From contig CAWKDB010000002.1 in NCBI GenBank assembly GCA_963848295.1, positions 736,001 to 800,000 on the forward strand: a stretch of DNA of 64,000 nt, given 5' to 3'. This document shows, one piece after another, positions 29,198-40,153 of this stretch (its first letter is position 1; every line of letters begins with the position of its first letter). Both the position numbers and the translations under genes were made by a program. The notes below the pieces were generated by a model. The model was not told the DNA's origin, made no database searches, and saw nothing but the letters and a program-made list of their open reading frames with translations. The stretch is from an uncultured delta proteobacterium. Its GTDB lineage: Bacteria; Myxococcota_A; Polyangia; Haliangiales; Haliangiaceae.

Positions 29198-29728
29198 CTA
29201 CGGTAGCGATACTCGGGGCGCGCTTGCAAGGTAGCGCCGCGCTAGCTCGACATAGTGCGCGGCGCCGTAGGCGATCTGCTCCCGCTCCTTGTCGCTCACG
29301 GGGCGGCGGACCCGCGCGGGCGCACCGAGGACGAAGCTGCCGGGCGGGATGTCGGTTCCCGGCGTCACGAGCGCACCTGCACCCACGAAGCTGCCGCGAC
29401 CGACGCGCGCGCCGTCGAGCACGATCGCGCCCATGCCGATCAAGCACTCATCTTCGACCGTGCACGCGTGGATCACCGCGGCGTGACCGATCGTGCAGTC
29501 GCTACCGATCGTCGTGCCAGAGAAGCCCGACGTGACGTGGATGATCGTCCCGTCTTGCAGCGAGGTCCGCGCGCCGATCCGGATGGGCATGACGTCACCG
29601 CGGACGACCGTCGAGTACCAGATCGACGACTCGTCGCCGACGACGACGTCGCCGATCACCGCGCAGGTCTCGGCGAGAAATACGCCGGAGCCGATCGTCG
29701 GCAGCTTGCCGTCGAGCTCGCGCAACAT
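29198..29728 (-). CDS. Gamma carbonic anhydrase family (hexapeptide repeat) protein
   Basis: VIGDV..G..SSIW...VRGD, QDGTIIH, TIGHAAVIHAC, LIGMGA. Confidence 0.93.
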   Translation of the reverse strand: MLRELDGKLPTIGSGVFLAETCAVIGDVVVGDESSIWYSTVVRGDVMPIRIGARTSLQDGTIIHVTSGFSGTTIGSDCTIGHAAVIHACTVEDECLIGMGAIVLDGARVGRGSFVGAGALVTPGTDIPPGSFVLGAPARVRRPVSDKEREQIAYGAAHYVELARRYLASAPRVSLP

Positions 29729-29731
29729 GAC

Positions 29732-30634
29732 TCAGCGGTGGCCGACGCCTGCGCGTTCGCAGTGTTCGGCTGCCGCGATGATCTCGTCGAGCACCGCGTC
29801 GACATCATCTGCCTCGGGCGAGGCCGGCGCGACGAAGCGCACGATGCCGTACGAATCGATGACGGTGAAGTAGATCCGATCGTCCGCGAACGTCAGGCGA
29901 TCGAGGGAGTGGCCATCGGGGGCGGGCACGACCGCGACCGAACGCACACCGGGCGGCGCTCCATGATCGACGCCAAGGGCGGTGACGAGCTTCTTGGCGA
30001 TGCCGTCGCGACTCGGGTCGGCACCGATGCGCATGTTGTCGATCTGCTCGGGCGTGGCGCGCGCCGCCGCGATCACCGGGACTTCGTGGTGCAGCGCTTT
30101 GTTCGCGCGGTCTGCGACGTGCTCGAACGCCGGCCCGCAGGCGATGCACTTGTCGGGGTAGTACCAACCGACGATCGAGATCTTCGCGGTGTCCAGAGGG
30201 GTCGTGCGCTCGGGGTAATCGCCATCGACGACCTCGACCGGGCCGATCGGCTTGTCGAGCAACCGATGCTTGAGCAGCTCGGACCGGGTCGACAGCGTGA
30301 TCGAGAGGGTCGCGACCTCGGTGTCGCGGACGACCTGCATGCGCACGACATCGCCAACATTGTGCGAGGTGATCGCGGCGGTCAGCGCTTCGCACGCGCC
30401 GCGCGACGACGTCGCGGTGATCGGCTGGCCGTCGAACGAGACGATCACGTCGCCCGCGAGGAGGTGCGCGGCTTCCGCGGCGCTGCCGGTCTCGATCTCC
30501 CCGACGCGACACTGGCCGTTCTGCAGATCGCCCATCGTGATGCCGACGAACGCTGGATCGCTGGCGGGCGCGCCGAACGCCGGGCCCGCGATCGATAGCC
30601 CGAAGCTGCCGACGAGGACGAGAACGAGCCGCAC
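29732..30634 (-). CDS. Exported PDZ-domain protein with thioredoxin-like (CxxC) domain
   Basis: FVGI...SAAEAAHLLAGDVIVSFDG PDZ pattern; DKCIACG. Confidence 0.7.
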   Translation of the reverse strand: MRLVLVLVGSFGLSIAGPAFGAPASDPAFVGITMGDLQNGQCRVGEIETGSAAEAAHLLAGDVIVSFDGQPITATSSRGACEALTAAITSHNVGDVVRMQVVRDTEVATLSITLSTRSELLKHRLLDKPIGPVEVVDGDYPERTTPLDTAKISIVGWYYPDKCIACGPAFEHVADRANKALHHEVPVIAAARATPEQIDNMRIGADPSRDGIAKKLVTALGVDHGAPPGVRSVAVVPAPDGHSLDRLTFADDRIYFTVIDSYGIVRFVAPASPEADDVDAVLDEIIAAAEHCERAGVGHR

Positions 30635-30724
30635 CCCGGTGAGCCTGCACGATCGTCTCGGCGAGAGCCAGAACGTTTGGCCATGTAGGACAAGGTAAGA
30701 TTTTGGACTTCATCGCCCTACTCC

Positions 30725-31189
30725 ATGATCATTATTTTCGTGAAGCGAAGACTCCCCGACCTGTCGAGCGTCCTCGAGGATCTGTCGTTCTCCGCCGGAC
30801 ACCTGGTCCCGGTCGCGATCGCGCCGCCGATCGCCGCGGCGGGTGCCGATAAGCGGGTCCATACCCGCTTCGATAAGGCGTTCCTCGTCGTGATCGGCAG
30901 CGAGATGTACGGTGATTCGTTCGCGGTCGGCCGCAACATCTCCGCCGGCGGGATCCTCGTCGAGATGAGCTACGCGCCGCCGCTCGGGACGATCGTGACC
31001 GTCCACTTCCAGTACGCCCGGGGCGAAGACGAGCCGTGCGACGAGATCGTCGCGCGCGCCGAGGTCAAGCACCACCACTACTTGAACTTCACCGGCTCGG
31101 GCGACGCCGCATCATCTCGCGCGATCGGCCTTAGATTCCTCGAGTTCCTCGATCGCGGTGTCGCGATCGCGCCCGAGCGCGCACATTGA
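30725..31189 (+). CDS. PilZ-domain protein
   Basis: RVHTR (RxxxR), NISAGG, AIGLRF. Confidence 0.85.
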   Translation: MIIIFVKRRLPDLSSVLEDLSFSAGHLVPVAIAPPIAAAGADKRVHTRFDKAFLVVIGSEMYGDSFAVGRNISAGGILVEMSYAPPLGTIVTVHFQYARGEDEPCDEIVARAEVKHHHYLNFTGSGDAASSRAIGLRFLEFLDRGVAIAPERAH

Positions 31190-31264
31190 AATTCGCGACC
31201 GCCGCGCAGCGTTCTGTTCTGCGGCTTGCACGTCGTTTCCCGATTCGCTAAGTCCACACCAGCC

Positions 31265-32866
31265 ATGCGCGCAGCGCTGATCCTCTCCGTCGCCGCGGCG
31301 CTCGCGGGCAGCGCGTTCGCCGCACCGCACGCGCCGCCCGCATCCACGCCGGCGCCGGCGACGGTTGCGCCGGCCCAGCCGGCCAAGCCGATCGATCCGG
31401 CGCTGCTGGCCGTGCTCGACAAGATCGCGACCGGGGGCGCCGCCGCGCGCAAGACCGCGCTCGACGACCTGGCGAAGCTAGCCCCGCACGTGATCGATGA
31501 TCTCGGTGCGTTTGTCCTGCGCCCGCATGTCACTACGATCGCCGATCGCCACAAGGTGCTCGACGCGATCAAAGCGGCGGTGCCCGACAAGGCCGGCCAC
31601 TTCGTCGTGCCGCAGCGGCGCAGCGCCGCCGAAGAGCAAGCAGACGATGATCTCGATTGGATGGCGAGCCTCGTCAAGCTCGATCCCGCGATACCCGGGC
31701 TCGGCGAGGTCATCGCCGACGACGCCGCGATCCGCGCGCTCGCCGGCACGAAAGACATTGCCGCCGCGCAGGTGTTGTTCGATGTCGCGATGTCACCGGA
31801 CACGGCGATCTACCGCGACGAGTGCGGGCGCTACCTGCGCAGGATGATGCCGTACTCGATCCCGGCGCTGACCCGGGAGTCGCAAGGCAGCGGGGACCGC
31901 AAGCGCTACGCGACGTTCCAGCTCGAGCGCCTCGATCGCCAGGAGCCGGGCAAGGCACTGTCGTCGGCGACCGGCGACGAAGCGCTCGAGATCGCGATCC
32001 TCGAGGTGTTCCGCGCGACGAAACATCGCGAAGCCGTGCACGCGGTGTGGTCGAGGGTCGATGCCGACTCGCCGCGGGTGCGAGCCAAGGCGCGCGAGGC
32101 CTGGGAGGCATACATCACCGGTCCGCCGCCGCGCCCGGCGCCGCGCAAGAAGCTCCTGCTCCCCGGTGGCAAGCTCACCAAGAAAGAGAAGCCGCTGTGG
32201 CTGACCTACCGCGAGCTCGCCGATAACGAGCTCCGCAAGGCGGCGAACGAGCTGCTGCACGAGGACTACCCGCTCGCAGATCCGAGCATCGATGACAGCG
32301 ACTCTCACAAGGTCAAGACCGTCCCGGTCGACCTCCAAGACCTGACGAACCAGCTGTTCAAGTTCTACGACGATGCCCGGGTCAAGCGCGACGCCGCGCA
32401 ATGGACCGCCGCGAAAGCGGTCGCCGACAAGGGCGACCTCGCCGGCGCGACCGCGATGCTCGATAGCATGCTCGCCGCGAGCCCGGAGCGCGGCGATGCG
32501 AGCGACCGCGCGGCGATGGCGAAGGTCTACTTCGCGTGGGCCAAGCAACTCGAAGCCAAGCAGCAGTGGGACGGCGCCGCCGGGGCGTACTCGAAGGCCT
32601 ATGGTCTCGACTCGACCGGTGCGAGCGCCAAGGATGCGCTCGCGGCCGCGAGCTACAACCAAGGCAAGGCGCTCGAGGCGAAGGGGCTCGATGGTGGCCC
32701 CGACTTCCGGCGAGCGATCGAGCTCAAGCCCGACTACGCGCCGGCGAAGACCGCCGCACGTGAGGAGGCCGGCCCCCGCCCCGCCTGGATGCTCTATGTC
32801 GCGGGCGGAGCCGCGGTGCTCGCGCTCGTGTTGTTCGCTGCCGGCATGGTAAGACGCCGGGCGTGA
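31265..32866 (+). CDS. Exported HEAT/TPR-repeat protein with C-terminal TM anchor
   Basis: Signal peptide; TPR-like AIELKPDY; C-terminal TM helix followed by RRR. Confidence 0.75.
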   Translation: MRAALILSVAAALAGSAFAAPHAPPASTPAPATVAPAQPAKPIDPALLAVLDKIATGGAAARKTALDDLAKLAPHVIDDLGAFVLRPHVTTIADRHKVLDAIKAAVPDKAGHFVVPQRRSAAEEQADDDLDWMASLVKLDPAIPGLGEVIADDAAIRALAGTKDIAAAQVLFDVAMSPDTAIYRDECGRYLRRMMPYSIPALTRESQGSGDRKRYATFQLERLDRQEPGKALSSATGDEALEIAILEVFRATKHREAVHAVWSRVDADSPRVRAKAREAWEAYITGPPPRPAPRKKLLLPGGKLTKKEKPLWLTYRELADNELRKAANELLHEDYPLADPSIDDSDSHKVKTVPVDLQDLTNQLFKFYDDARVKRDAAQWTAAKAVADKGDLAGATAMLDSMLAASPERGDASDRAAMAKVYFAWAKQLEAKQQWDGAAGAYSKAYGLDSTGASAKDALAAASYNQGKALEAKGLDGGPDFRRAIELKPDYAPAKTAAREEAGPRPAWMLYVAGGAAVLALVLFAAGMVRRRA

Positions 32867-33477
32867 CCGGGCGACTGATCGTCTTGGAAGGCCTCGACGG
32901 CGCAGGAACGACGACGCAAGCGAAGCGACTCGTCGCTCATCTCGAAGCGCGCGGCCAGCGTCCCCACCTCACGCGCGAACCGAGCGACGGTCCGATCGGC
33001 AAGCTGATCCGGGAAATGCTCGTCGGCGGCCACGCGATCACCGGCCAGGCCATCTCGCAGAATACGTTCGGCCTGATGTTCGCCGCCGATCGCCTCGATC
33101 ACATGCAGCGTGAAGTCGAGCCTCAGATCGCCACGGGCGCGACCGTCGTCTCGGATCGCTGGTACCACTCCTCGCTCGCCTACCAAGGCACAGGCGCCGA
33201 CCGCGACTGGATCGCGCAGCTCAACGCGCGCGCCCGCCGCCCCGACGTGACGATCTTTCTCAAGGTCCGGCCCGAGATCGCCGCTCGTCGCCGGGCCGCC
33301 GCCGGCCGGATCGACGAGCTGTTCGAACACCTCGCGATGCAGCAAGACGTCGATGCCGGCTATCGCGCGACGATCGCCGAGCTCACCGCGCTCGGCGAAC
33401 GCATCGAGATCGTCGACGGCGAAGCGAGCGAGGACGCCGTGTTCGCCGCGATCGTCAAGATCGTCGCGACGCTCTAG
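32863..33477 (+). CDS. tmk: Thymidylate kinase
   Basis: EGLDGAGTTTQ, TREP, FAADR, SDRWYHSSLAYQG. Confidence 0.95.
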   Translation: MTGRLIVLEGLDGAGTTTQAKRLVAHLEARGQRPHLTREPSDGPIGKLIREMLVGGHAITGQAISQNTFGLMFAADRLDHMQREVEPQIATGATVVSDRWYHSSLAYQGTGADRDWIAQLNARARRPDVTIFLKVRPEIAARRRAAAGRIDELFEHLAMQQDVDAGYRATIAELTALGERIEIVDGEASEDAVFAAIVKIVATL

Positions 33478-33527
33478 CTTCGCCGCGGGCCCCGCCTCGC
33501 ATTCGTGCAGTGGGCCCGGTCAGAGTC

Positions 33528-34514
33528 TCATTCGACGCGCGAGCCAGAGAACGTCGCGCTCGCGAGCGGCGCGGGCGCGTCGGCGTAGGTCGCGGTGCCG
33601 AGCCATTCGCCGGAGTCGATCTGGTCCATCGCGCCATCGCCGTCGGTGTCGCGGCCGATCGCTCGGCCCGACGTCACGATCAGGAACGGCGTCGCATCGA
33701 TCGCTTCGAGCTTGCCGTCGAGCTCGGCCGCGGCAGCGACCATCCCCGCGCGACACGCGTCCTCGTAGAGTCCGGGCGAACCGACCGAGAGCGTCGACGA
33801 AACCACCTGGCCGACCATCTCGCAGTCGACGAGCGTCGCGAGCGCATCGGCCAGGCTCGTCGCGTTCGGAGCTGCGGTCGGTGCGACCGCGAGATCGAGA
33901 CCGAGCCGGAGGATGTGGCCATACGGCACGGCGATCGCGTGCTCGGCGAACGCGACGTTGCCTTCGCCATCGAGCACGACGCGGGTCGCGGCGCCGAGCA
34001 CGCCGAGCTCGTGATCGGCGAGCGTGACGTCGACCGGGGCGCCCGAGACCGCAAAACGGATCGCGGTGATCGTGCGCTGCGCGGTTCCGGACGGATCGAT
34101 CCACAGCGACTCCAGCGTCGCGAGCTGGCGCGAGATCTGCGCAAGCCCGTCGGCGAGCTGATGAAAGCCGGTGACGAGCGTCGGCGGCAGCTTCGTATTG
34201 AGGTAGGCCGCGACGAGCGGCACCGCCTCGGTCGCGACGGTCTTGATCGCACCGTCGGGCAACGCGGCGATCATGTAGTCGAGCACGAACCGGCTCGGAT
34301 CGTCCGGGCCGTCGGTCGCGGCGACGATCGCGTCGACCACGGTGCCGGCGCCTCCAGGCACCGCCTCGAGATCGAGCTGGCTGATCACCGTGTAGTTTCC
34401 TGCCGCGCTGCGCGGAATCGTCGACGGTGCGTCGGGTGCGATCGACGCGGTGGCATTGCTGCAACCGCCGACCACGGTGGCGACGGCGAGACTAACGAAC
34501 AAGCGAGATGACAT
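33528..34514 (-). CDS. Hypothetical lipoprotein
   Basis: VGGC lipobox; G.Y.V.SQLDL, TDGPDDP, DTDGDG motifs. Confidence 0.75.
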   Translation of the reverse strand: MSSRLFVSLAVATVVGGCSNATASIAPDAPSTIPRSAAGNYTVISQLDLEAVPGGAGTVVDAIVAATDGPDDPSRFVLDYMIAALPDGAIKTVATEAVPLVAAYLNTKLPPTLVTGFHQLADGLAQISRQLATLESLWIDPSGTAQRTITAIRFAVSGAPVDVTLADHELGVLGAATRVVLDGEGNVAFAEHAIAVPYGHILRLGLDLAVAPTAAPNATSLADALATLVDCEMVGQVVSSTLSVGSPGLYEDACRAGMVAAAAELDGKLEAIDATPFLIVTSGRAIGRDTDGDGAMDQIDSGEWLGTATYADAPAPLASATFSGSRVE

Positions 34515-34559
34515 CGGAGTTCTCCATCCAAGAGGGCCAAAGGGTTCGGACCCCGCCGT

Positions 34560-34576
34560 TGCAGCGCCCGTGCCGG
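34560..34576 (-). promoter_or_regulatory. Sigma54 (-24/-12) promoter of the 33528-34514 lipoprotein gene
   Basis: Minus strand CCGGCACGGGCGCTGCA fits GGCAC-N5-YTGC about 45 bp upstream of the ATG. Confidence 0.6.
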
Positions 34577-34726
34577 CGCGCGCTCCGCCGGTTCTCCGAC
34601 GACGATCGTGAAAGCGCTCGCGCGCGAGTGTCCGGCGTCGTCCGGACTCCGGCCAGCTCCCGGCCACCGCCCGGACATTCCGGACGCAAAGTTGCGCGAG
34701 CCACGCGCGGGCCGTAAGCCTTGGGG

Positions 34727-35221
34727 ATGCGCGCCGCCGTCCTGTTCTCGCTCGCTCTCGTCGCGTGTGGGCTGAAAGCCGATCCCCAGTCGCCGGCATT
34801 CGATCGCGACCTCGAGTCGAGCCCGGCCGTCGCGCCAACCGCGTCGCGTCCGGCGCCACCGCCCGCGGTCGGCCACGTCCGCACCGGCACCATCGATCGC
34901 GCCAGGCTCGTCGCCGTGCTCGACAGCGGGCCCGGCGTGTTTCTGCGCCAGCTCGAGGTCACGCCGCAGATGGACGGCGATCGCTTCGTCGGCTGGCAGC
35001 TCGTCCAACTCCTCGACACGACCGGGCCGCTCACCGCGCTCGACGTCGCGCCGGGCGATGTGTTGCTCGCGGTCAACGGCCAGCCGCTGTCCCGGCCCGA
35101 TCAGCTCCAGGCCGTGTGGGATTCGCTGCGCACCGCGAACCGGCTCGACGCCGAGCTGGCCCGCGGCAACGCCACGCTTCACCTCGCCTTCGACATCGAA
35201 CCGAAGCTCGTCGCGCGGTAG
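34727..35221 (+). CDS. Lipoprotein with GspC-like PDZ domain
   Basis: LVAC lipobox; P.MDG.RFVGWQL, PGDVLLAVNGQPL. Confidence 0.75.
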   Translation: MRAAVLFSLALVACGLKADPQSPAFDRDLESSPAVAPTASRPAPPPAVGHVRTGTIDRARLVAVLDSGPGVFLRQLEVTPQMDGDRFVGWQLVQLLDTTGPLTALDVAPGDVLLAVNGQPLSRPDQLQAVWDSLRTANRLDAELARGNATLHLAFDIEPKLVAR

Positions 35222-35271
35222 TTGTCGTCACCTCCGCTCGACCGGCGGCGCTTCGTCATTCACAATGCGGC

Positions 35272-35958
35272 ATGGTTCGCGTTTGGTTGCTCGGTGCGCT
35301 AGTCGTGGCGGCCGGCTGCAAGAAGAAGCCACAAGAGGCGCCGAAAGATGCCGCCGCGGTGGTCAAGCCGAAGCACAAGCACGTCCACCACGAGGATGAC
35401 GAGACGCCGATCGAGGTGCCCGACGGCTCGGGCTCTGGCTCGGGCTCCGGCTCCGATGATGGAGACGGCGGCGGCAGCGGCTCGGGCAGCGCGCAGAGCA
35501 CCGCCGGCGCGCATCGCGATCCGAACGGCGCGATCCACGGGCCCGGCGGACCGATCTACGAGGGTCGCGGCAAGCTGTGCGACGCCGCCGCCAATCACTG
35601 CCAGCGGGACGGTTGGTTCACCGCCGAGGACTACGCGCCCGGCAAGTTCTATCGCGCGACCCCGTCGTTTCAGTTCGAAGGCAAGTGGTACAACTATCTC
35701 GGCGAAGAGGTCGAGGGCAAAGGCTTCCGCACCGAGGTCGCGAAGCCGTCGACGCTCAAGGTGGGCAAGCCGGTGATCGTGTTCACGCGCGACAACGATC
35801 AGCTCGACAAGTTCACCGATGTCGAGTACGACGCGCTGACCTCATCGCGATGGAAGATGGTCGTCGTCGACCAGATCACCGGCGGATGGTTCGGCGTGCG
35901 CGGCTGGGACGACAAGTTTCCGATCGACACGGCGCGCGTCGTCGTCGAGCAGAAGTAG
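35272..35958 (+). CDS. Hypothetical lipoprotein
   Basis: AAGC lipobox followed by a GS-rich linker. Confidence 0.7.
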   Translation: MVRVWLLGALVVAAGCKKKPQEAPKDAAAVVKPKHKHVHHEDDETPIEVPDGSGSGSGSGSDDGDGGGSGSGSAQSTAGAHRDPNGAIHGPGGPIYEGRGKLCDAAANHCQRDGWFTAEDYAPGKFYRATPSFQFEGKWYNYLGEEVEGKGFRTEVAKPSTLKVGKPVIVFTRDNDQLDKFTDVEYDALTSSRWKMVVVDQITGGWFGVRGWDDKFPIDTARVVVEQK

Positions 35959-35965
35959 CCTCGGC

Positions 35966-36781
35966 TCATCGCGTCGACGGTCCGTCCGCTCCGGATCGCG
36001 GCGCGGTTCCGTCGAACACCGCGATCGCGTGCGCCGGGTCGTTGACGAATACGCCGTCGACGCCAAGTCGGGCGAGCCGCTCGAGCTCGGGCGCATCGTC
36101 GACCGTCCAGGCGTTCACCGCGAGTCCGGCGGCGTGCCACTTCCGCATCGTGTGCTCGGTGCACAGGGTGTGCTCCGGGTGGAACAGACTCGCGCCCATC
36201 CACCGGCCGACCCAGCCCTCGCGCAGCGGGAGCGGCTGCTCCTCGTGAAACAGATACGCGAGCGCGACCGTCGGCAGCGCGCGATGCAACGACAGCAGCG
36301 CGAACGGATCGAACGACGACACCAGCACTTGGTCGGCTCGGCCACTCGCTTCGATCACCTTCGCGGTCGCGCGCGCGAGCTCGCCCATGCGGGCCGGCTT
36401 GATCGCCTTGATCTCGACGTCGACCTCGAGATCACCGAACGTGTGCAGCACCTCGGCGAGCGTCGGCACCGGCTCGCCGCCGACCCGCAGCGCGAGCCGC
36501 TCGGCGGTCGACAAATCCTCGATCCGCCCCGGTCGCCCGGCCAACCGCAGCAGGTTGTGATCGTGGAACACGACGACCGTGCCGTCGCGATCGAACCGGA
36601 CATCGAGCTCGATGCCGTCCGCGCCGACCGCCCTCGCCTTCTCGAACGCGGCGAACGTGTTCTCGACCGCGTGGAGCGAATCGCCGCGGTGGGCCCACAC
36701 CCGGGGGCGGCCCTTGGTCCGCCGCCAGCGCGTCGCGCGCCCGAGCCGACCGAGGTGCGGCAGGTACCGCGCGAGTGCCAT
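35966..36781 (-). CDS. Glycerophosphodiester phosphodiesterase
   Basis: WAHRG, ENT..AF, IELDV, VFHD, VEIK, SSF, AWTVD. Confidence 0.92.
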   Translation of the reverse strand: MALARYLPHLGRLGRATRWRRTKGRPRVWAHRGDSLHAVENTFAAFEKARAVGADGIELDVRFDRDGTVVVFHDHNLLRLAGRPGRIEDLSTAERLALRVGGEPVPTLAEVLHTFGDLEVDVEIKAIKPARMGELARATAKVIEASGRADQVLVSSFDPFALLSLHRALPTVALAYLFHEEQPLPLREGWVGRWMGASLFHPEHTLCTEHTMRKWHAAGLAVNAWTVDDAPELERLARLGVDGVFVNDPAHAIAVFDGTAPRSGADGPSTR

Positions 36782-36810
36782 CCCTACAGCTTCGCTCAGG
36801 TCGCGGGGTA

Positions 36811-38001
36811 TTACTCGATGAACGTCTTGTGAAGCGCGCGCACGAGGTTGTCGACGTGGGGCCGGTCGCACCACAGCGTCACGCGCAGCGGCGACACGCT
36901 GACCGCGTTGAGCGGCACCCCGGCGGCGACCGCGGTGGTCCGCGCCCGATTGATGATGCCGGGGTTCGAGCCGATGCCGTGGCCGACGATCGTGACCGCG
37001 CCCTCTTCGCCGAGCTCGAGCCCCTCGCCGAGCACGTTGACGAGCCGCTTCTGGACCTCGCCCCAATCGGGGACATCCGCGATCGTGAACCACGCGCGCA
37101 GCTCCTTGCCTTCGAGGTCGAGGTGGGTGAGCGGGATCGACGCTGCCTCGAGGATCTGCAGCGTGTGCTCGACGTTCGCGCCGCCCGACACGCGCATCCG
37201 GATCAGCGCGTTCTGGCCGGTGACCGCCGCGACCTGGCGCTCGCGGTCCGGAGAGAAGTCGATGCGCGTCCCGCCGCCGTCCTTGTTCGTCGCGCGCGCG
37301 TACAGCGCGATGCCGGACTGGCGGGCGAACTCGACGCACGCGTCGTGCAACACCTTCGCGCCCTGCGCGGCGAGCTCGAGCATCTCGTCGTGGCTGATCG
37401 AGCTCAGCAGCTCGGCGGTCGACACGATCCGCGGGTCGGCGGTGTAGACCCCGTCGACGTCGCTACAGATCTCGCAGTAGTCGGCGCGCAACGCGCCGGC
37501 GAGCGCGACCGCGGTGGTATCGGTGCCGCCGCGACCGAGCGTCGTGATCTCGCGCTTGTACGACACGCCTTGGAAGCCGGCGACGATCACGACCTTGCCG
37601 CGATCGAGCTCGTCTTCGATGCGAAACGGACGGATCTCGATGATCCGCGCGCCGGAGTGGCGATCGTTCGTGAGGATGCCGGCTTGCGAACCGGTGAACG
37701 AGATCGCCTCGAGGCCCTCTTCGAGCAGCGCCATCGTCAGGAGCGACATCGCTTCGCGCTCGCCGCAGGACAGCAGCATGTCGAGCTCGCGGCGGGACGG
37801 CGAAGCGCTGATCGCCTTGGCTTTTTCGATCAACGCGTTCGTGGTCTTACCCATCGCCGAGACCGCGACGACGACCTTCTTGCCGGCGGCTTTGGTCCGC
37901 GCGATGCGCTTGGCGACGAGGCGGATCTTGTCGACGTCGGCGACCGACGAGCCGCCGTATTTTTGAACCACGATTCCTGTCGGAGTCACGTCGGGCACCA
38001 T
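36811..38001 (-). CDS. lysC: Aspartate kinase
   Basis: [44 protein letters not shown]. Confidence 0.95.
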   Translation of the reverse strand: MVPDVTPTGIVVQKYGGSSVADVDKIRLVAKRIARTKAAGKKVVVAVSAMGKTTNALIEKAKAISASPSRRELDMLLSCGEREAMSLLTMALLEEGLEAISFTGSQAGILTNDRHSGARIIEIRPFRIEDELDRGKVVIVAGFQGVSYKREITTLGRGGTDTTAVALAGALRADYCEICSDVDGVYTADPRIVSTAELLSSISHDEMLELAAQGAKVLHDACVEFARQSGIALYARATNKDGGGTRIDFSPDRERQVAAVTGQNALIRMRVSGGANVEHTLQILEAASIPLTHLDLEGKELRAWFTIADVPDWGEVQKRLVNVLGEGLELGEEGAVTIVGHGIGSNPGIINRARTTAVAAGVPLNAVSVSPLRVTLWCDRPHVDNLVRALHKTFIE

Positions 38002-38038
38002 ACACGATCGTAACGACAAGACCTGCTACGTTGTTCCG

Positions 38039-40153
38039 GTGAGGTCTGCCGTCTTGGCCGCCGCTGCCGCGATCGCCGCGGGTTGCGGCCACCTACCGCC
38101 GAGCTGGCCCGACGTCCCGCGTCAGCTCGCCGACGACCACGACCGCGACGAGGCGATCGATCGGCTGTGGGTCGTGCCGGCGGGCCCGGCGAGGGACGCG
38201 TTGCGCGCGGAGCTCGCGCACCGGCTCGCTCGCGAGGTGCAAGCCGCGGTCGCGTCGAGCGATGATGCGGTCGCCGAGCGGCTCGAGCTCGAGCTCGTCG
38301 GGCTGTGGCGCGACGACCCGGCCGCGATCGCGACCGGCCTCCGACCGCAGCTCGCCACGATCGAGGCGGTGCGCGGCCACTTCGCGCGCGAGGGCCGGAT
38401 CGGACCGACGATCACCGCGGTCGCCGTCCTCGCCGAGCTCGAGCCCGCCCGGCGCGGCGAGCACCTCGCGGAGCTCGACGACATGCTCGCGTTTGCCGAC
38501 GTCGGCGTGGTGGTCGAATACGGCGCGGGCGCCGGCCACGCGATGGCGATCGCCGAGCTCGCGCCCACCGCGCTCGCGATGCCGCTGCCGTGGATCGTCG
38601 ATCGCTACGTCGCGATGCTCGAAGAGCGCCAGCGCAGCGCCGACCAGCTGTTCGCGACCTCGACGCCGGCGCCGGCGATGGTTCGCATCCACCGCGACTT
38701 GCCGATGACCGCGCAGCGCATCGCGATCGCGCTCGCCAGAGCCGGTCGAATCGACGAGATCGCGGCGCACCTGCGCGGGCTGCACGGGGTCTACGGCGTC
38801 GATCCCGCGCTCGCCAAGCTCGCGACCGCGGTCGCCGAGCGACCGACGCCGGACGCGTACCTCGCGCTGACCCGGGCGCTGCGCGGCGATCCTCGGGGCG
38901 ATGACGTCCACGCCGGCGATGCGGCCGCGGCGTTCAAGTGCGCGACCGCCGGGCTCGCGAAGTTTCCCCGCGATCCGAGCCTCGCGCTCGCCGCCGCCGA
39001 GGCGTCCGCCGGGTTGGGCCGCGTCGATCAGGCGATCGCGCTGTTCGAGGACGCGCTCGCTCGCACCGAGGACATCGATCCGGCGATGGCGCTGCGGCTC
39101 GGGCGGGTCTACGGCGAGCGCATCGATCGGCTCGCCGCCGCCGGCCGGCCGGCCGAAGCGATCGCGGCGTGGCGCGCGGTCGTGCGTTATACCGATGCGC
39201 GATCGAAGCGCGGTCCGCGCGAGCTATGGATCGAGGTCGCGGCGCTCGGCGAAGCTGCGCTCGGCAAGGGTCTCGTCGGCCAGGGCCGGATCCGCGATGG
39301 CGAGCGCGCGCTCACCGCCGCGATCGATCGCGCACCCCCGATCGAGGCGTACGAGACGCTCGCGACCGTGTACTTCAAGCTCGGCCAGCTCGAGGCGGCG
39401 CAGCAGCTGACGACCGCTGCGCTCGCGAGCCTCGGTGACCAGAGCACCGGCGATCGCTATCACCGCGCGAAGCTCGGGGGACTCGCCGGCGATGTCGCGC
39501 GCACCGCCGGCCGTCACCGCGAGGCGGTGGCCTACTACCTCGACACGCTGCGCAACTGGGCCGCGCTCGGCGACGCGAAGGACCTGCCGCGGATGATCGC
39601 GGCGGAGCGCGAGCTCGACGGCGGGCGCGCGCTGTGGTTCCTCGGCCAGGCGAGCCGCGCCGTCGAGCTGATCGGGAAGGCGGTCGAGGACGATCCCGAC
39701 GATGCCTCGATCGCCGACGACGCGGTCGCGTTTCTGATCGAGATCGGTCAGCCGGCGGAGGCAGCCGAGGCGTTTCACCGGGCGATCAGCTCGCCGGGGC
39801 TGACCGAGGTCGACAAGACCGCGATGGCACTCTGGCTCGCCGGCGATGCTCACCGACGCGGCGCGACGCCCGACACCGGCGCGCGTGCGTACCTCGCGAG
39901 CCGGAGCGGCGACCTGTGGCACGAGCAACTCGCCGAGGCCGCGACCGGGCGGCGCGCGATCGCGGAGCTCCGCACCGCCGCCTCGACGGGGCCGCGGCGC
40001 GGCGAGCTCGCGTTCTACTCGGCGGTGCTGGGCTGGGATCCGACCGCCGCGAGCCCGGCCGGCGCGAAGGAGCTGCTGCGCGCCGCGATCGCCGAACGCG
40101 CGGTGCTCGAAAACGAATACGACCTCGCGCGGGCGTATTTGGCCGCGCCGTGA
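38039..40153 (+). CDS. TPR-repeat lipoprotein
   Basis: AAGC lipobox; multiple TPR-like helices. Confidence 0.78.
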   Translation: MRSAVLAAAAAIAAGCGHLPPSWPDVPRQLADDHDRDEAIDRLWVVPAGPARDALRAELAHRLAREVQAAVASSDDAVAERLELELVGLWRDDPAAIATGLRPQLATIEAVRGHFAREGRIGPTITAVAVLAELEPARRGEHLAELDDMLAFADVGVVVEYGAGAGHAMAIAELAPTALAMPLPWIVDRYVAMLEERQRSADQLFATSTPAPAMVRIHRDLPMTAQRIAIALARAGRIDEIAAHLRGLHGVYGVDPALAKLATAVAERPTPDAYLALTRALRGDPRGDDVHAGDAAAAFKCATAGLAKFPRDPSLALAAAEASAGLGRVDQAIALFEDALARTEDIDPAMALRLGRVYGERIDRLAAAGRPAEAIAAWRAVVRYTDARSKRGPRELWIEVAALGEAALGKGLVGQGRIRDGERALTAAIDRAPPIEAYETLATVYFKLGQLEAAQQLTTAALASLGDQSTGDRYHRAKLGGLAGDVARTAGRHREAVAYYLDTLRNWAALGDAKDLPRMIAAERELDGGRALWFLGQASRAVELIGKAVEDDPDDASIADDAVAFLIEIGQPAEAAEAFHRAISSPGLTEVDKTAMALWLAGDAHRRGATPDTGARAYLASRSGDLWHEQLAEAATGRRAIAELRTAASTGPRRGELAFYSAVLGWDPTAASPAGAKELLRAAIAERAVLENEYDLARAYLAAP

